Assembly (NCBI RefSeq): GCF_009914755.1
Contig: NC_060937.1
Direction: 5' to 3' (one strand)
DNA from: the human T2T-CHM13v2.0 reference genome, Homo sapiens
DNA length: 64,000 nt
The position numbers and the translations under genes are program-made. This document shows, in pieces, positions 1 to 16,850 of the stretch (position 1 is its first letter; each line of letters begins with the position of its first letter). Below the pieces are notes generated by a model, which ran no database searches, was not told the origin of the DNA, and worked only from the letters and a program-made list of their open reading frames with translations.

Positions 1-29
1 CAAAAGATTCACGGAAAAATGCGTATGAG

Positions 30-434
30 TGTTATAAGAAAATCTTGGGACTGTAACTTCTCCCTCAAACCGGAAAGAAGCTGAGATTTGAGATATAAAA
101 GGGTGACTTGGACAGTCCTGCTTGATGAGTAGATAAGTTTATTAGGACTTACAAATGGGGCACTCCTGGACAGCAGCAGGACAGCTCTAGAGATCCATGC
201 CACCTCCCATCTCTAAACTGCTTTTAAGCTAATTTTCCAGCTCTTTGCCTACTGTGTTTGAGCAATGAGACTGTTTACCCTGGTAGGTTCTCAGAGATTC
301 TTCAGGATGTTTGAGTTCCCAGGAACACCTGTACACAGCTGGCCACCATGACCTTGGCTCACTGTCCAGCCTACAAGGGTCAGGCAGCACATATTCACCC
401 TTAAGTAACCTAGTTGGGGACCCATCACACTACA
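30..434 (-). repeat. 3' LTR of the provirus (405 bp)
   Basis: Aligns to 4706-5109; preceded on the minus strand by the polypurine tract; AATAAA on minus (tttatt near 138-143). Confidence 0.92.
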
Positions 435-450
435 ATCCATCCCATCCCCT
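435..450 (-). promoter_or_regulatory. Polypurine tract
   Basis: Minus strand reads AGGGGATGGGATGGAT immediately before the TGTAGTGTG start of the 3' LTR. Confidence 0.85.
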
Positions 451-558
451 AACTCTTACACTCTTTCCACCAATTTTGCATTATAGTCCTTGAGTAGGGT
501 ACCAGGGAAATAACTATACAAGCCTATAATGTTTAGCCATGGCTTATGAATACAGTCC

Positions 559-1045
559 TCATCTACAGTATACATAACAGCATACAAAGCAGAAGCTAAC
601 TACAATTATGATGCCTATTAGCAAAACATAACTCCATTCAGTGGGTAAGATATGTAACCATTTCAGAATGGGGCAAAGAAACTTAATTGAACTGCATCAT
701 GGATCTGAGTTTACAATAATTTGAAGCATCTCTGACGTTATTCTCTTTAAAGGCTCAACAGGTAGCGCCCAGAAAGTCACATGTTTTTGGTCTCAATTGA
801 GTTGGCGATTGGGTGGATGCAATCCCCTGTGAGCCCAGATTGCACTATTGATGCTGTTGAACCAGTCACTCCAGTTCTGTTGGGAGAAATGCAGAATATT
901 CCAAGGCATACCATTGTTGTTTTATAGGGGGAGGCTTATATCCAACAACCAGACTTGTTGCTGACTGCTAGTATAATTGCAGATCAGTCTAGAAAGACAT
1001 TACCAGCTGCCATGGGTACCAGGAAGAGCAGCTGTGTGCATAAAC
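559..1045 (-). pseudogene. env: env remnant (signal/SU N-terminus plus TM anchor, middle deleted)
   Basis: Minus-strand translations LLFLVPMAAGNVFLD*SAIILAVSNKSGCWI* (~1035-930) and WLHILPTEWSYVLLIGIIIVVSFCFVCCYVYCR* (660-559), located between pol and the PPT. Confidence 0.7.
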
Positions 1046-1049
1046 ACAG

Positions 1050-3200
1050 GTGTTTAGTAAGGACCATCATGGGTATATCTATTCCTTGTAACATTATTTC
1101 CATTGTATTTTCCCTCATTGGCCCTATTAGGGAAGCTGTCATGGGCTTTAGGCCTGGCTTATAGTACCATGCATGGATTCCTTTTCTAGGAGTGGGCATG
1201 ATAGCCAAATTGGTAAGTTTTTGGCTTTGCCCATGGTATCCATATTATGATCACTCCAGCAGATATTGGTGCCCCTACATGTTGATTTTGTAAAGCTCTC
1301 AGACCTCCAGCAAGCAGCACAGCTGAAACCACCACCCCTCTGGCAGTCTTCATGGTGCCCTCTAGCGCCATAAAACTGATCTAGTCTGGGGACATTTTCC
1401 AGCTCAACTTCAGGTCCACATTACCATCATCACTTGGCAGATCCACTTTAGTTCTCAGGAGCAGAGTCCGGCCATCTGGTTCAAGAGCACAGTTTGGTGT
1501 CTTAGACGTAACCCTGCAAATTTGCAGAGCCTGCTTTACAGGTCTTGCCAACCATTCATAGGGAATAATGCCATGTGTTGTAGTGGGCAACTCATTTAAA
1601 ATGTGTATGGTTTCTGGGAGATTCTTAGTCCAAGACTTTAAAGAGCTGTCCTGGAACAGTGCACATAATTGGGTTTTTAACAGGCCATTGTTTTTTTCTG
1701 TGAAGTCTGCCCCTGTCGGTCATATGGTAAGTGGAATCTCCAGTGTATGTTTTGTTCTAATGTCCAGTATTAGATACCTCTGCTAGACCCGTCAGTGTAC
1801 CAGACCCTATAGGTATTGATGGGGTCCTCTCATATATGGTAGTTGGCCTCATTTGTGGTTCCATTGCCATGTCAACCCCTTCACTTATTCTAAGTGGATG
1901 GGTTTGAGCACCTCGTGCAGTACCTGACTTGTAGGACTAGTAGACACCCCTTTGTTGTAGATAGATGTGTCATTTCTGCTGGGTGTGTGAATGTGCCACC
2001 CTGGAAGTGGGCTTGGCTAAGAGGCCTTCCACTCACCCTTTTTGGGGGTAGGCAGTTTTTCCTGTGATTGTCTGCTTTTTGGTGATAGCCTCCGCTTGTT
2101 GCAATGCTCTATAAATGGCCAATATCTACTGCACTAAGAATGAATAGTGGGATTCTGCCCTGTTCTATAATTGAGACCAAAAACCTATAGGTACCTTTCC
2201 TGTTGGTTGCTTTTGCCACAAACCCAAATTCATCCCTGTGCCATCTCTAGTGACTTCTAATATGAAAGGGTGCTGTGACAGTGGGCACTTAGTGCTTAAG
2301 CTTGTTTCATCTAATTTTTTTGCTCTGTCAAATACCTCTTGCTCCACGTATGTCCAGTTCCATTTTGATATTTTTTTTATTAGGGTATATAATGGGCAGA
2401 GGGCTTATGCCAACTGAGGAATAAATAGTAGCTCCAGTAAACCTCGGAAAACCTGGAGTTTACTGTCTGTGGAACAGGATGCTGTGCTATCTTATCAATG
2501 TAGCTCCAAATATGTTTTGCATCAAGAGTTACTGGATTAGGTAACTCTTGGGAATCTGACAGTTAGGCCAGGTCCCTGTATCTTTTTGGGATACACTTCC
2601 CATTCACAGTCCTTAAGGCCATCCAAGATGGTTTGTAAGGCAGTCTCAAATCTGTAAGAGACTCTGAGATTAGCATATTATCTTTAATATAATGAAACAG
2701 GGAGACTAAGGCAGGTGGGTTGTGCAGGTACCTTTGTGGTAGCACATGGAAAGTCCATTGTTGACCCTCCTAAGTGATAACAAACTGATCTTATGAATCT
2801 TCTGCTAAAGGAGTACTGGAAAAGGCATTAGCCAAGTCAATTACAGCATGTGCATTTCTCAGCTTAAGGACTACTTGTTCTAGTAGGTGAACAATATTGA
2901 GTACAGCTGCACATATAGGGGGCCCCACTTTATTTAGCTCATGGTAGTCTACTATCATTTTCTAGGTGCCATCTGGCTTCTTCACAGGCCATACAGGGCT
3001 ATTACAGAGGCTCTTGACCAGGCTATCTGTACCTTATGTAATTCCTGGATTGTCTAGGTGATTTCAGAGTGTCTCCCTGGCAGATGGTATTATTTCAGCT
3101 TCACTGCCCCCCTGGGCTGAAAAGAGTATAGAGGCACCCATTTGGCCCATCCCTTTTTTGTTCCTGGATTACACTCAGTCCTCGCACTTACACAGATCAC
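1050..3200 (-). pseudogene. pol: pol remnant (RT, connection domain, integrase fragment) with stops and deletions
   Basis: NSPVWPVKKPDGT*KMIVDYHELNK (~3005-2930); VIDLANAF..DQFVIT*EGQQWTFHVLPQRYLHNP (~2845-2715); FHYIKDNML (degenerate YIDD); GLWQKQ..PIGFWSQL (2165-2347 ORF); integrase-like WRFHLPY..NGLLKTQL across a frameshift (~1745-1667). Confidence 0.88.
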
Positions 3201-3299
3201 TGAAGTCCACCAGTGCTTACCCCGTATCACAGATTTTACTTCCCATTAACAGGCTCAGAAGTATGACCAGTGCCCCATATTATAGCCCTATTTAAATCA

Positions 3300-4440
3300 C
3301 AAATTACCCAGACATTCAATGAGTATCTAAAATAATTTTAAGAATTTAAACTACACAAAAGATTCATCTACATGCATTTATCTGATTTACATTTACTCAA
3401 TTTACTCATTTTTAGCAGTTTATCTCAATTACTCATGAGAACCAAGACTTTGTCTGGAAAGCTAATCATTATCCCAAGTTATTTCTTTGTTAACCTTTTT
3501 CACAGCCTGTGAATATCATGTGTTCACTGAAGCAAGAAACTCAAAGTTAAACACATGGGCATTTTTGCTAATAACTCACAAAATGCTGCCATTTTCATTA
3601 AACCAACAATATCAAATTAATCTTTATCAAAAAATCATGTAAACAAAAATTATTCTTTTTGTGGCTAGGCTTACAGTCTTATAAGCCTTATGTCAAACTC
3701 TGATAACTTAAAATCTCCAGCAGAGGCAAATATAAAACTTATCTAATGGTAAACCTAGACAAAAATGTATGCTGACATTTCTGAAGAAATTTCTATTTTT
3801 ATTTTACCAATAATTTTAAAGTCAACTTATTTATTAAAGATTACTAAATTCACATAAACTTGAAAAGCATTTGGACTTAATTTGAGTACTCGTTTACTTA
3901 TAGCCATTTAGTAGCATGCTAGACACAACATGTAACATAATACATGTCCATACACATAAGACTATCTAAACATGAATACACATACACATAAAGATCCAAT
4001 AGCTGTTGCTCCAATAGGTAAACCCATGAGAGCTGTAGATCAAAATTTTGGATAAAGCAGTTTCTATAGGTGTTTGTTTTTCAAAGAAATCATTTTTACC
4101 CTTTTTTTCCATTTCAAATGAGTTTTCAATGTTTATTTACCTTTTAGCTAGAACTGACTGAACTATATGAAAAAAAACTCCAAGTAACGTTTGATTAGTA
4201 AGTTTTATCTCAACATCAGTAGCTTAATAACAACAGATTCAAAGCAAGCAAAAAAGAAAATAGAGAAACAGCTTTATAAGACTATATTTAACTCTATAGT
4301 TGTAGGTTAACCATTTGAGTTCTGAATTTTTCTTGCTATTGGCCCATCAGTTTTAAAATATGCACAAGAAAGGTCTATAATATGTAACCAGCTAGAGTCC
4401 TAAAACACTGCCATGCTTTTGAATTTCTGTAGGAGTTTCT
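3300..4440 (-). mobile_element. AT-rich segment resembling MER4-group (class I) non-autonomous internal sequence
   Basis: Abrupt GC drop with no ORF; motifs such as aaaatgtatgctgacatttctgaagaaatttctatttttattttaccaataattttaaa recalled from MER4-int-type internals. Confidence 0.6.
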
Positions 4441-4683
4441 ATCCTTTCTCCCTTTCCTGTTCTAATGATTTCTCATCAGCCAGCCTTATTGCAACAGCAG
4501 TGTATTTGCTATCTTTATAATACTTGAATATCTTACCTTCTTGTAATATGTGCTCAGTCCCTATACTCATGCAGTGGCCTACAAAAGTTGAGCAGTTAGG
4601 CAACTCCACTTCACATATACGTTGCCAATCATCTCGGGATTCCTCCCACAGATGTCCCTTTCTGACTCATCATTTAGTCTCTT

Positions 4684-4703
4684 GGATTCTGTTTATGATG
4701 CCA
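4684..4703 (-). promoter_or_regulatory. Primer-binding site, tRNA-Ser(CGA)-like
   Basis: Minus strand TGGCATCATAAACAGAATCC, 2 nt after the 5' LTR; resembles TGGCGTCACGAACAGGATTC with transitions, three of them at CpG. Confidence 0.72.
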
Positions 4704-4705
4704 AT

Positions 4706-5109
4706 TGTTATGAGAAAAATTGGGACTGTAATATCACCTCTATCCCAAACTGGGAAGGAGGTGAGAGACCAAAGAATCACTCGAATGAGTCTGGCTTGAT
4801 TAGTAGATGAGTTTATTTGGACTTACATACAGGGCACTCCTGGATGGCCGCAGGACAGCTGTAGAGAGTTATGCCACTTCTCATCTCTAAACTGTTTTTA
4901 AGCTAATTTTCTGGCTCTTTGCCTACTGTGTTTGAAAGATGAGTCTGTTTACCTTGTTAGGTTCTCAGATACTCTCTGGGATGTTTGGGTTCTTAGGGAC
5001 ACCTGCTCTTTGGCTGAGCACCATGGCCTGGTTCATTGCACAGCCTTCAAGTTTCCAGAAGTGGACATACACCCTTAAAGTATTCTGGTGGGAAACCTGT
5101 CACACTACA
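4706..5109 (-). repeat. 5' LTR of the provirus (404 bp)
   Basis: Direct repeat of 30-434; adjacent to the PBS; followed by the TSD ATGAG. Confidence 0.92.
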
Positions 5110-5114
5110 ATGAG

Positions 5115-6655
5115 GATGTGTGCATGTAGAGAAAGAGAAACATAAAATAATAAAAATAAGTCAAAAACTTAACACTTGTTGAATCTGATTAGAGTACATT
5201 GGAGTTCTTTATACCATTCATGCAAATTTAATATATTTATGGAATTGCATAAAAATTTAAATGATAAATAATAAATACACTTCTTGATAACCTATAGTTC
5301 ACAGAAGAAATTACAATAAAAGTTAAAAACAAGTAATAATAAAAATGGTGCTTATGGGATGTAGCTTAAATAAAACCAGAGAAGGAGATTTTTCAAGTTT
5401 AAATGCATAGCTTTAAACAGCCATCTCAAGAAGTTAGACAAAGAACAATAATTATCCTCCCAAAGATACACAAATGGAGGAATGAAATAAATGAAATAAT
5501 AAAGAACAAAAATTCATGAAATAGAACTAAAATAAAGAGGCCCAACAAAGCCAAAAATTGATTCTTTGAAAAGTAAAATAAAACAAAAACTATTCTCAAG
5601 ATTCATTTAGTAAAACAGAGAAGGCAACAATAATCAAGTCAGAAATAATGAAACATGTAATTACAGATATCATGGACTTAGGTAGAGATTCAGATCACAT
5701 TATGAACAACTTTATGGCAAAATCATACATATTTATATGGATTAAATAAATTCTTAGAAAGAGAAAACTTACCAAACCTGAATGGAAAAAATATACATAA
5801 CATAAAACAACATGTACTCATTGGAAAATTGAATGAATGTATTAAAATATTAAGACAAAGCGAACTCCAGGCCAAATGGTTTCTATGAAAAGTTTTACAA
5901 AACATTAAATAATAAAGCATTTCTAAGTTTGCAAACTTTTCTGGAGGAATTAGGGAAAAAAATAATTCTAAATTTATTTTAGGAGACTGACAAAAATTGT
6001 ATTTCAAAAATCTAACAACCATATAGCAATAGTAAATTATAGGTCAAACACTTTTATAAATATAGGTGTATACATCCTAAATAAAATATTAAAGGAGTGA
6101 ATTCAACTATATATAAAGGTACCTTATGGAAATATCATTTAACATTGAATAATTAATGACATGAATAATGAACAAGTTGGTTCATCTAAGAAATGCAAGA
6201 AAACTTTCTCAATAAGATGAAGGGTATCTACAACTTACCTACAGCATCGGTAACTAGAAATCTTTCCTTTTGAGATCAGGAAATAGAAAAATGGTCTACT
6301 ATCATCACTTCTGTTTAATACTGTGCTGAAGTTGAAAAAAAAAATAAGGCCATAGTTCATAATGACATGATTAGATAGCTAATTCAAGATAAACAGTACA
6401 ACTAATATAAAAGCTTAGCAAGGTTGATGACATCAAAATAAATATCCAATAATCCTTTGTGTTTCTAAATATAATAAAAATTAATATCCAGTAATATATA
6501 CCCATTAATAAATCTAACAAACACATGAAAGGAATTCTATAAGAAAAAAAATTCAAATAAATTGATGGAAAATTACATTATAACCTTGGATTACAAACCT
6601 CAGTTTTATTAACCAATCAGATATCCTCAACTTGAAGTATAGATTAAATGCAATC
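5115..6655 (+). mobile_element. Ancient L1M/L1ME fragments (3' UTR piece, then degraded ORF2)
   Basis: Highly diverged ORF2-like sequence (aaagccaaaaattgattctttgaaa; tatgaacaactttatggc); continues after 14182. Confidence 0.75.
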
Positions 6656-7559
6656 TAAATGGAAATTTTGGAGGAGGGGGCCAAGATGGCCTATTAGAAG
6701 CAGCTACTGTGTGTGTCACTCATGGAGAGGAACAAAAGGGGTGAGTAAATAGAGCACCTTCAACTGAAATATCCAGGTGTTTGCACTGGGACTAATCAGG
6801 GAAACAACTTGGCCCACAAGGAATGAGGAAAGGCAGGGCAGGGTGACGGCCCACCCAAGAGCAACACAGAGCCAAGGGAACCCCATCCACCCCCAGCCAA
6901 GGGAAGTGTTAACTGTATGTGTGACTCCATGCTTCTCCCACAGATCTTTGCAACCCCACAATCAGGAGATACCATCATGAGCCCACCCCACCAGGGCTTT
7001 GGTTCTGACACACAGAGCTGTGTAGTGTATCAGCAGAGCAGCTGCTCATGCATGCACAGAGACCCAGGAGCTTTACATACCCTGGCCCCAGGATCCCTGA
7101 CAAAGGTGATTACAACTCAGGCAAGGCAGGAGGTTTGTATAGACCCCTAGGAAGGAAGCTGAATCCAGGGGTTCCAAACAGTGTTGGTCTGTGGGCTCCA
7201 CTTCCACAGCACCTCACAAGATAAAACCCACTGGCTTGGAATTCCAGCCAGCTACCATCAACAGGATAGAGACTGTATGAGACAGGATGGAGTCCCCAGA
7301 GGGAGGGGTGAGCCACCATCTTTGCTGTTTGGATGACTCGGCTGTTCCAGCCTGAGAGTTTGGAGAGTCCAAACAGTCCTGATGAAGAAGAGACCCCCTC
7401 TGCCCCCACCACCCCAGTATAGCACAGTTGCTATTCCAAAATGTGACCAGACTGTTTCTTTAAGTGGGACTCTGATCCATTCCTCCTCACTGGGTGGGAC
7501 CTCCCAGTGAGGGCCTCCACCCACCCACACCCACCCATATGCTACAAGCAGAGCTGTAA

Positions 7560-8020
<461 letters not shown>

Positions 8021-8670
8021 TAGAATGCTTCTTTAAATGGGACCCATAATCATTCCTCCTCACCCAGCAGGTCCTCCCAGCTGGGTCCTCCAGCCACTCC
8101 TGCTTGTGTTTTACCACTGACAGAGTTCTAATTTATCTCTGGGATGGAGTGCATGGGGGCCAGGGAAGGCCACCATCTTTCTGTTTGAATGTCTCAGCCA
8201 GTCCAGCCTGTGGGCCTTGGAGAGCCCAAACCAATCAAAGGTTGAAAGGATAACCAACACAACACAGCTTCTCTACCAAAATGCAGCCAGACTGTTTCTT
8301 TAAGCAGGTCCCTGATCCCATTCCTCCTGACTGGGTGAGACCTCCTAACTGGGGTCTCTAGCCACCTCCAACAGGTGTGTTTGGGCCAGCAGCAGTTCAG
8401 TATCCACCTGGAATGGAGCTCCCAGAGAAAGGGGTAGGCTGCCATCTTTGCTGTTTTGCAGACTTCACTGGTGATACCTCCAGTTGCTGGAAAACCTGAG
8501 GACACTAGCTTCTGAAGCAGACCCCCAGCATACAACACCACAGCAGCCCTATGAAGAGTAGCCAGTGTTAAAAGAAAAACAAACAGCAGCAGCAACAACA
8601 ACAAAACCCACAAAAAAGTCCATCCAAAGTTCAGCAGCCTCAAAGAGTGAAGGCAGATAAGCCCACAAAG

Positions 8671-9711
8671 ATGAGAAATAAACAGCACAAAAACACTGAA
8701 AAATCAAAAAGCCAGAGTGTCCGCTTTCTCCTAATGGCCACAATACCTTTCCAGCAAGGGTCGAGAACTGGGCTGAGACTGAGATGGCTGAAATGACAGA
8801 AGTAGGCTTCAGAATGTGGATTAAAACAAACTTCACTGAGCTAATGGAGCATGTTGAAACCCAATGCAAGGAAGCTAAAAATCGTAATAAAACAATGCAG
8901 GAGCTAACAGCCAAATTAGCCAGTACAGAGAGAAATATAACTGACCTGATACAGCTGAAAAACACACTACAAGAACTACACAATGCAATCACAAGTATTA
9001 ACAGCAGAATAGACCAAGCAGAGGAAAGAACCTCAGAGCTTGAAGACCGTCTTTCTAAAATAAGACAAGCAGACAAGAATAGAGAAAAAAGAATAAAAAG
9101 GAATTTTAAAAACCTCCAAGAAATATGGGATTATGTAAACAGACTAAAAGTACAATTGATTGTGGTACCTAAAAGAGATGAAGAGAATGGAACCAATTTG
9201 GAAAACATATTTCAGGCTATCATTCAGGAGAACTTCCCTAACCTAACTAGACAGGCCAACATTCAAATTCAGGAAATGTGTAGAATGCTGGTAAGATACT
9301 CCATTAGAAGATCTACCCCAAGACACATAATTAGCAGATTCTCCAAGGTTGAAATGGAAAAGAATGTTAAGGGCAGCCAGAGATAAAGGCCAAGTCACCT
9401 ACAAAGGGAAGCCTATCAGACTAACAGTGGGACTTTTAGCAGAAACCCTACAAACCAGAAGAGATTGGGGGCCAATATTCAACATTCTTAAAGAAAAGAA
9501 TTTCCAACCCAATATTTCTTATCCAGCCAAATTAAGCTTCAAAGGTGAAGGAAAAATAAGCTCCTTTTCAGACAAGCAAATGCTGAGGGAATTTGTTACC
9601 ACCAGACATGCCTTACAAGAGCTCCTGAAGGAAGCATTAAATGTGGAAAGGAAAAACCGTTATCAGCCACTACAAAACCACACTAAAGTAAACAGACCAG
9701 TGACACTATGA
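8671..9711 (+). pseudogene. L1 ORF1p, frameshifted
   Basis: ORFs 8784-9386 and 9349-9711 carry ENFPNL.RQANIQIQE, YKGKPIRLT, YPAKLSF and REFVTTR. Confidence 0.93.
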
Positions 9712-9756
9712 AACAACCACATAAACAAGTCTGCAAAATAACCAGCTACCATTATG

Positions 9757-13880
<4,124 letters not shown>

Positions 13881-14182
13881 ATGATGAGAGCACATGGACA
13901 CATGAGGGGGAACAACACACACGGGGGCCTGTCATAGGGTGTGGGGTGGAAGGAGGAAAGAGGATCAGGAAGAATGGCTAGTGGATGCTGGGCTTAATAC
14001 CTGGGTGATGGGATGACCAGTGTAGCAAACCACCATGGCACTGTTTACCTATGTAACAAACCTGCATATCCTGCACATGTACCCCAAACTTAAAATAAAA
14101 GTTAGAAATTTAAAAAAAAACACAAAGTTGAAATAACATTAAAAAAAACTTATTTAAAAAATAAAAATAAATGCAAATTTCA

Positions 14183-15150
14183 AGTTTTATGTGTATATAT
14201 GTATGTGAAGAGGGTGAGGTTTTGTGTTAATGATAAAATAGGTAAGTTGCAAAAGACAGAGAGGAGTGTTTTTACTCTCAAAGAAAGATGGGAGGATTTG
14301 TTCTACCACATAGCAAGATTTACCTAAAAGCTATTTTAATGAGGAGAGTGTGCTGTTTATGCAGGGCTACACAAATAGAATAAATAATTTAGAAACAGAA
14401 ATACACATATCTGAACAATTGATATGTACTAGAGAAGGCACTACAGCATAGCAAATGAATTGTTTTTTCAATAAGTGTACTAGGATAATTTTCTATTCAC
14501 TGAAAATATAAAATATCACTCTTCTGTATCATTAATTAAAATATATTCTTGGTTTATTCAAATCCTTACTATAAAAGTCACAGCAGTGAAGGTGTTAAAA
14601 GATAATATATCGGAATGTATTTATGGCTTCTCAGAAAGAAGCTTCTGAAAGGACAAGTATAAATCAGAAACCATAAAGGCAAAGATGAGTAAATTTGATT
14701 GCATTATAATTAAAACTTGTATTAGTAAATAAAGACATTATAAACATACTAAAAATAAAATATACAAAGTAGACTAAACTATTTGTGATACATGCTTAAA
14801 ATTAGGATTTATAATACATAGATAATTATTACAAATTAATAGGAAAATCTCAGATAACCTAGTAAAGATTATAAAAAGTCAATTCATACAAAAGTCAATT
14901 AATAAAAAAAGTTTAAATGAGTAATTCATTTATGAAAGCAAACATTAGAATGCAAATAAAAATCTCAACAAAATAAAAACCATATATATTCATAAAATTG
15001 GCAAAATAAATCAGACGTCTGATCATTTTAGGTGTTGGCAAGGATATATAGAAATAGGAATAATTATATTCTACTAGAGGAAATTGTTGATATTGGCAGT
15101 GATATTTTTATCATGTTTACTACATGTTTATTGTGAACAGATGCATACAC
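14183..15150 (+). mobile_element. Continuation of the ancient L1M/L1ME ORF2 3' region
   Basis: Diverged ORF2 C-terminal sequence colinear with 5280-6655. Confidence 0.7.
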
Positions 15151-15152
15151 AT

Positions 15153-15292
15153 CATTATAGTCTGAATGTTTGTGGTCCCCCCAGTTCATATGTGAAAATC
15201 CTAAAACCCAGGTGATGTTATGGGAAATAGACCTATATTTCCATCTTGTTTAAGCCAGAAGTATTTTGTACTTTGTTACAGGTGCAAAACCA
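15153..15292 (+). mobile_element. MLT1 (MaLR) LTR remnant with central deletion
   Basis: ctgaatgtttgtggtcccccc..ttcatatgtgaaaatcctaa start joined to ttgtttaagcca..tttgttaca end. Confidence 0.6.
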
Positions 15293-15780
15293 GAATTCTA
15301 GTTAATATAGCTAGAAAAAACTAGCAGGAGAGAAATTAGAAAACACATTATTGGAGAACCTGGAAAATAATCATGACAATCTGGCCCAAATAAATAAATA
15401 GTCTCTGGAAACTCTATGAGAGCTTTAAGACTGAAGACTCTTTAAGTCTAAATATCCTCTAATTAGCAAAAATGTGAATTTTGAAACTAAAGAGTAGCTC
15501 TTTTCTATCACTAATTACTTTCAGTATGTTTATGTATAGTATAAGAATGCACAATCTGCAATATACTGAAGGTTTCTAAACATCTAAATCCTTAGATGTT
15601 GTGATTGATATCTACACTTCTGGGAAAGATAGATAAGATCTATGGTCCTAGGTTCACAGCTGAAGAAAGCTGTCTGTTTCATTCTCAGGTGATACAGGGA
15701 CACACACAGGTGCTAACTTGGAGGCCTCATTAGGACTTCTGAAGCATTTGCTCTCAGCCTATAAACAATTTTGTGCTTAG

Positions 15781-16043
<263 letters not shown>

Positions 16044-16067
16044 CGTTCAGTTTATTTCTAAAGGAAC

Positions 16068-16242
16068 TTTATTATTATTGTTATTATATTATTATTTGTT
16101 TATTTTTGAGACAGGTCTTCTAGGCTAGAGCATAGTGGCGCGATTACAGCTCACTGCAGCCTCGACCTCTTGGGCTCAAATGATCTTCCGCCTCAGCCTT
16201 CCAAATAGATGGGACTACAGGCATGCACCATCATGCCTGGCT
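16068..16242 (-). mobile_element. FRAM or AluJ right monomer
   Basis: cagctcactgcagcctcgacctcttgggctcaa; (TTA)-like tail. Confidence 0.85.
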
Positions 16243-16619
16243 CATTATTATCTTTTTCTAAATTACTAACAGCAGAAATTGCAATTCACTAAGGCAGAAT
16301 GGGCAATAAACTACTTAGATTTTCTTTTCCTTCTTCATTTTCAGTCTTAGTTGTTCTCTATTACCACCCACTGTGTATCAGGAGCTGCATCACAATCAGG
16401 CCAACAGCTTAGACAGTCCACATATATATAATAATACCACCATCTTTACAGGTAGTCAATAGACTATAATAAAAATTTACCTTTGCATTTAGACTTGATT
16501 TCAAGTTTTCAAATAGTAATACACTATTTTTGATTTGGACCAAGTAATTTAATCTGCTTAGAGCTCAATCCCTCATTAATAAAATGTAACATCTGCCATG
16601 CCTTTTTCACAGGAGAAGC

Positions 16620-16850
16620 AACAGAGCACATTCTGAAGGAAAATAACATGGGCCTGAATCTTGACTTTGCCATTATCTAGTCATACATTCTTGAGTATCA
16701 GCAAAATTTTCTAAACCTTATTTTTCTCATCTGACAAAAGAATAAATACACACACAGCAGGATTTTTATCAAGATTAAATGAGTTAATGGATGTGAGAGT
16801 GTATAGCAGAAGACCTCACACTAGTGAACCCTTAAAAAGCTTATTTAATT
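16620..16850 (+). mobile_element. MIR
   Basis: Core tttttctcatctg and aagattaaatgagttaatggatgtg. Confidence 0.7.

Larger units (their letters stand above)
30..5109 (-). mobile_element. Class III (ERVL-type) endogenous provirus with two LTRs, internally deleted; LTR47/HERV-S-like (family name tentative)
   Basis: Direct repeats 30-434 and 4706-5109, both TGT...ACA; 5-bp TSD ATGAG at 25-29 and 5110-5114; PBS and PPT on the minus strand; ERVL-type RT motifs inside. Confidence 0.93.
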
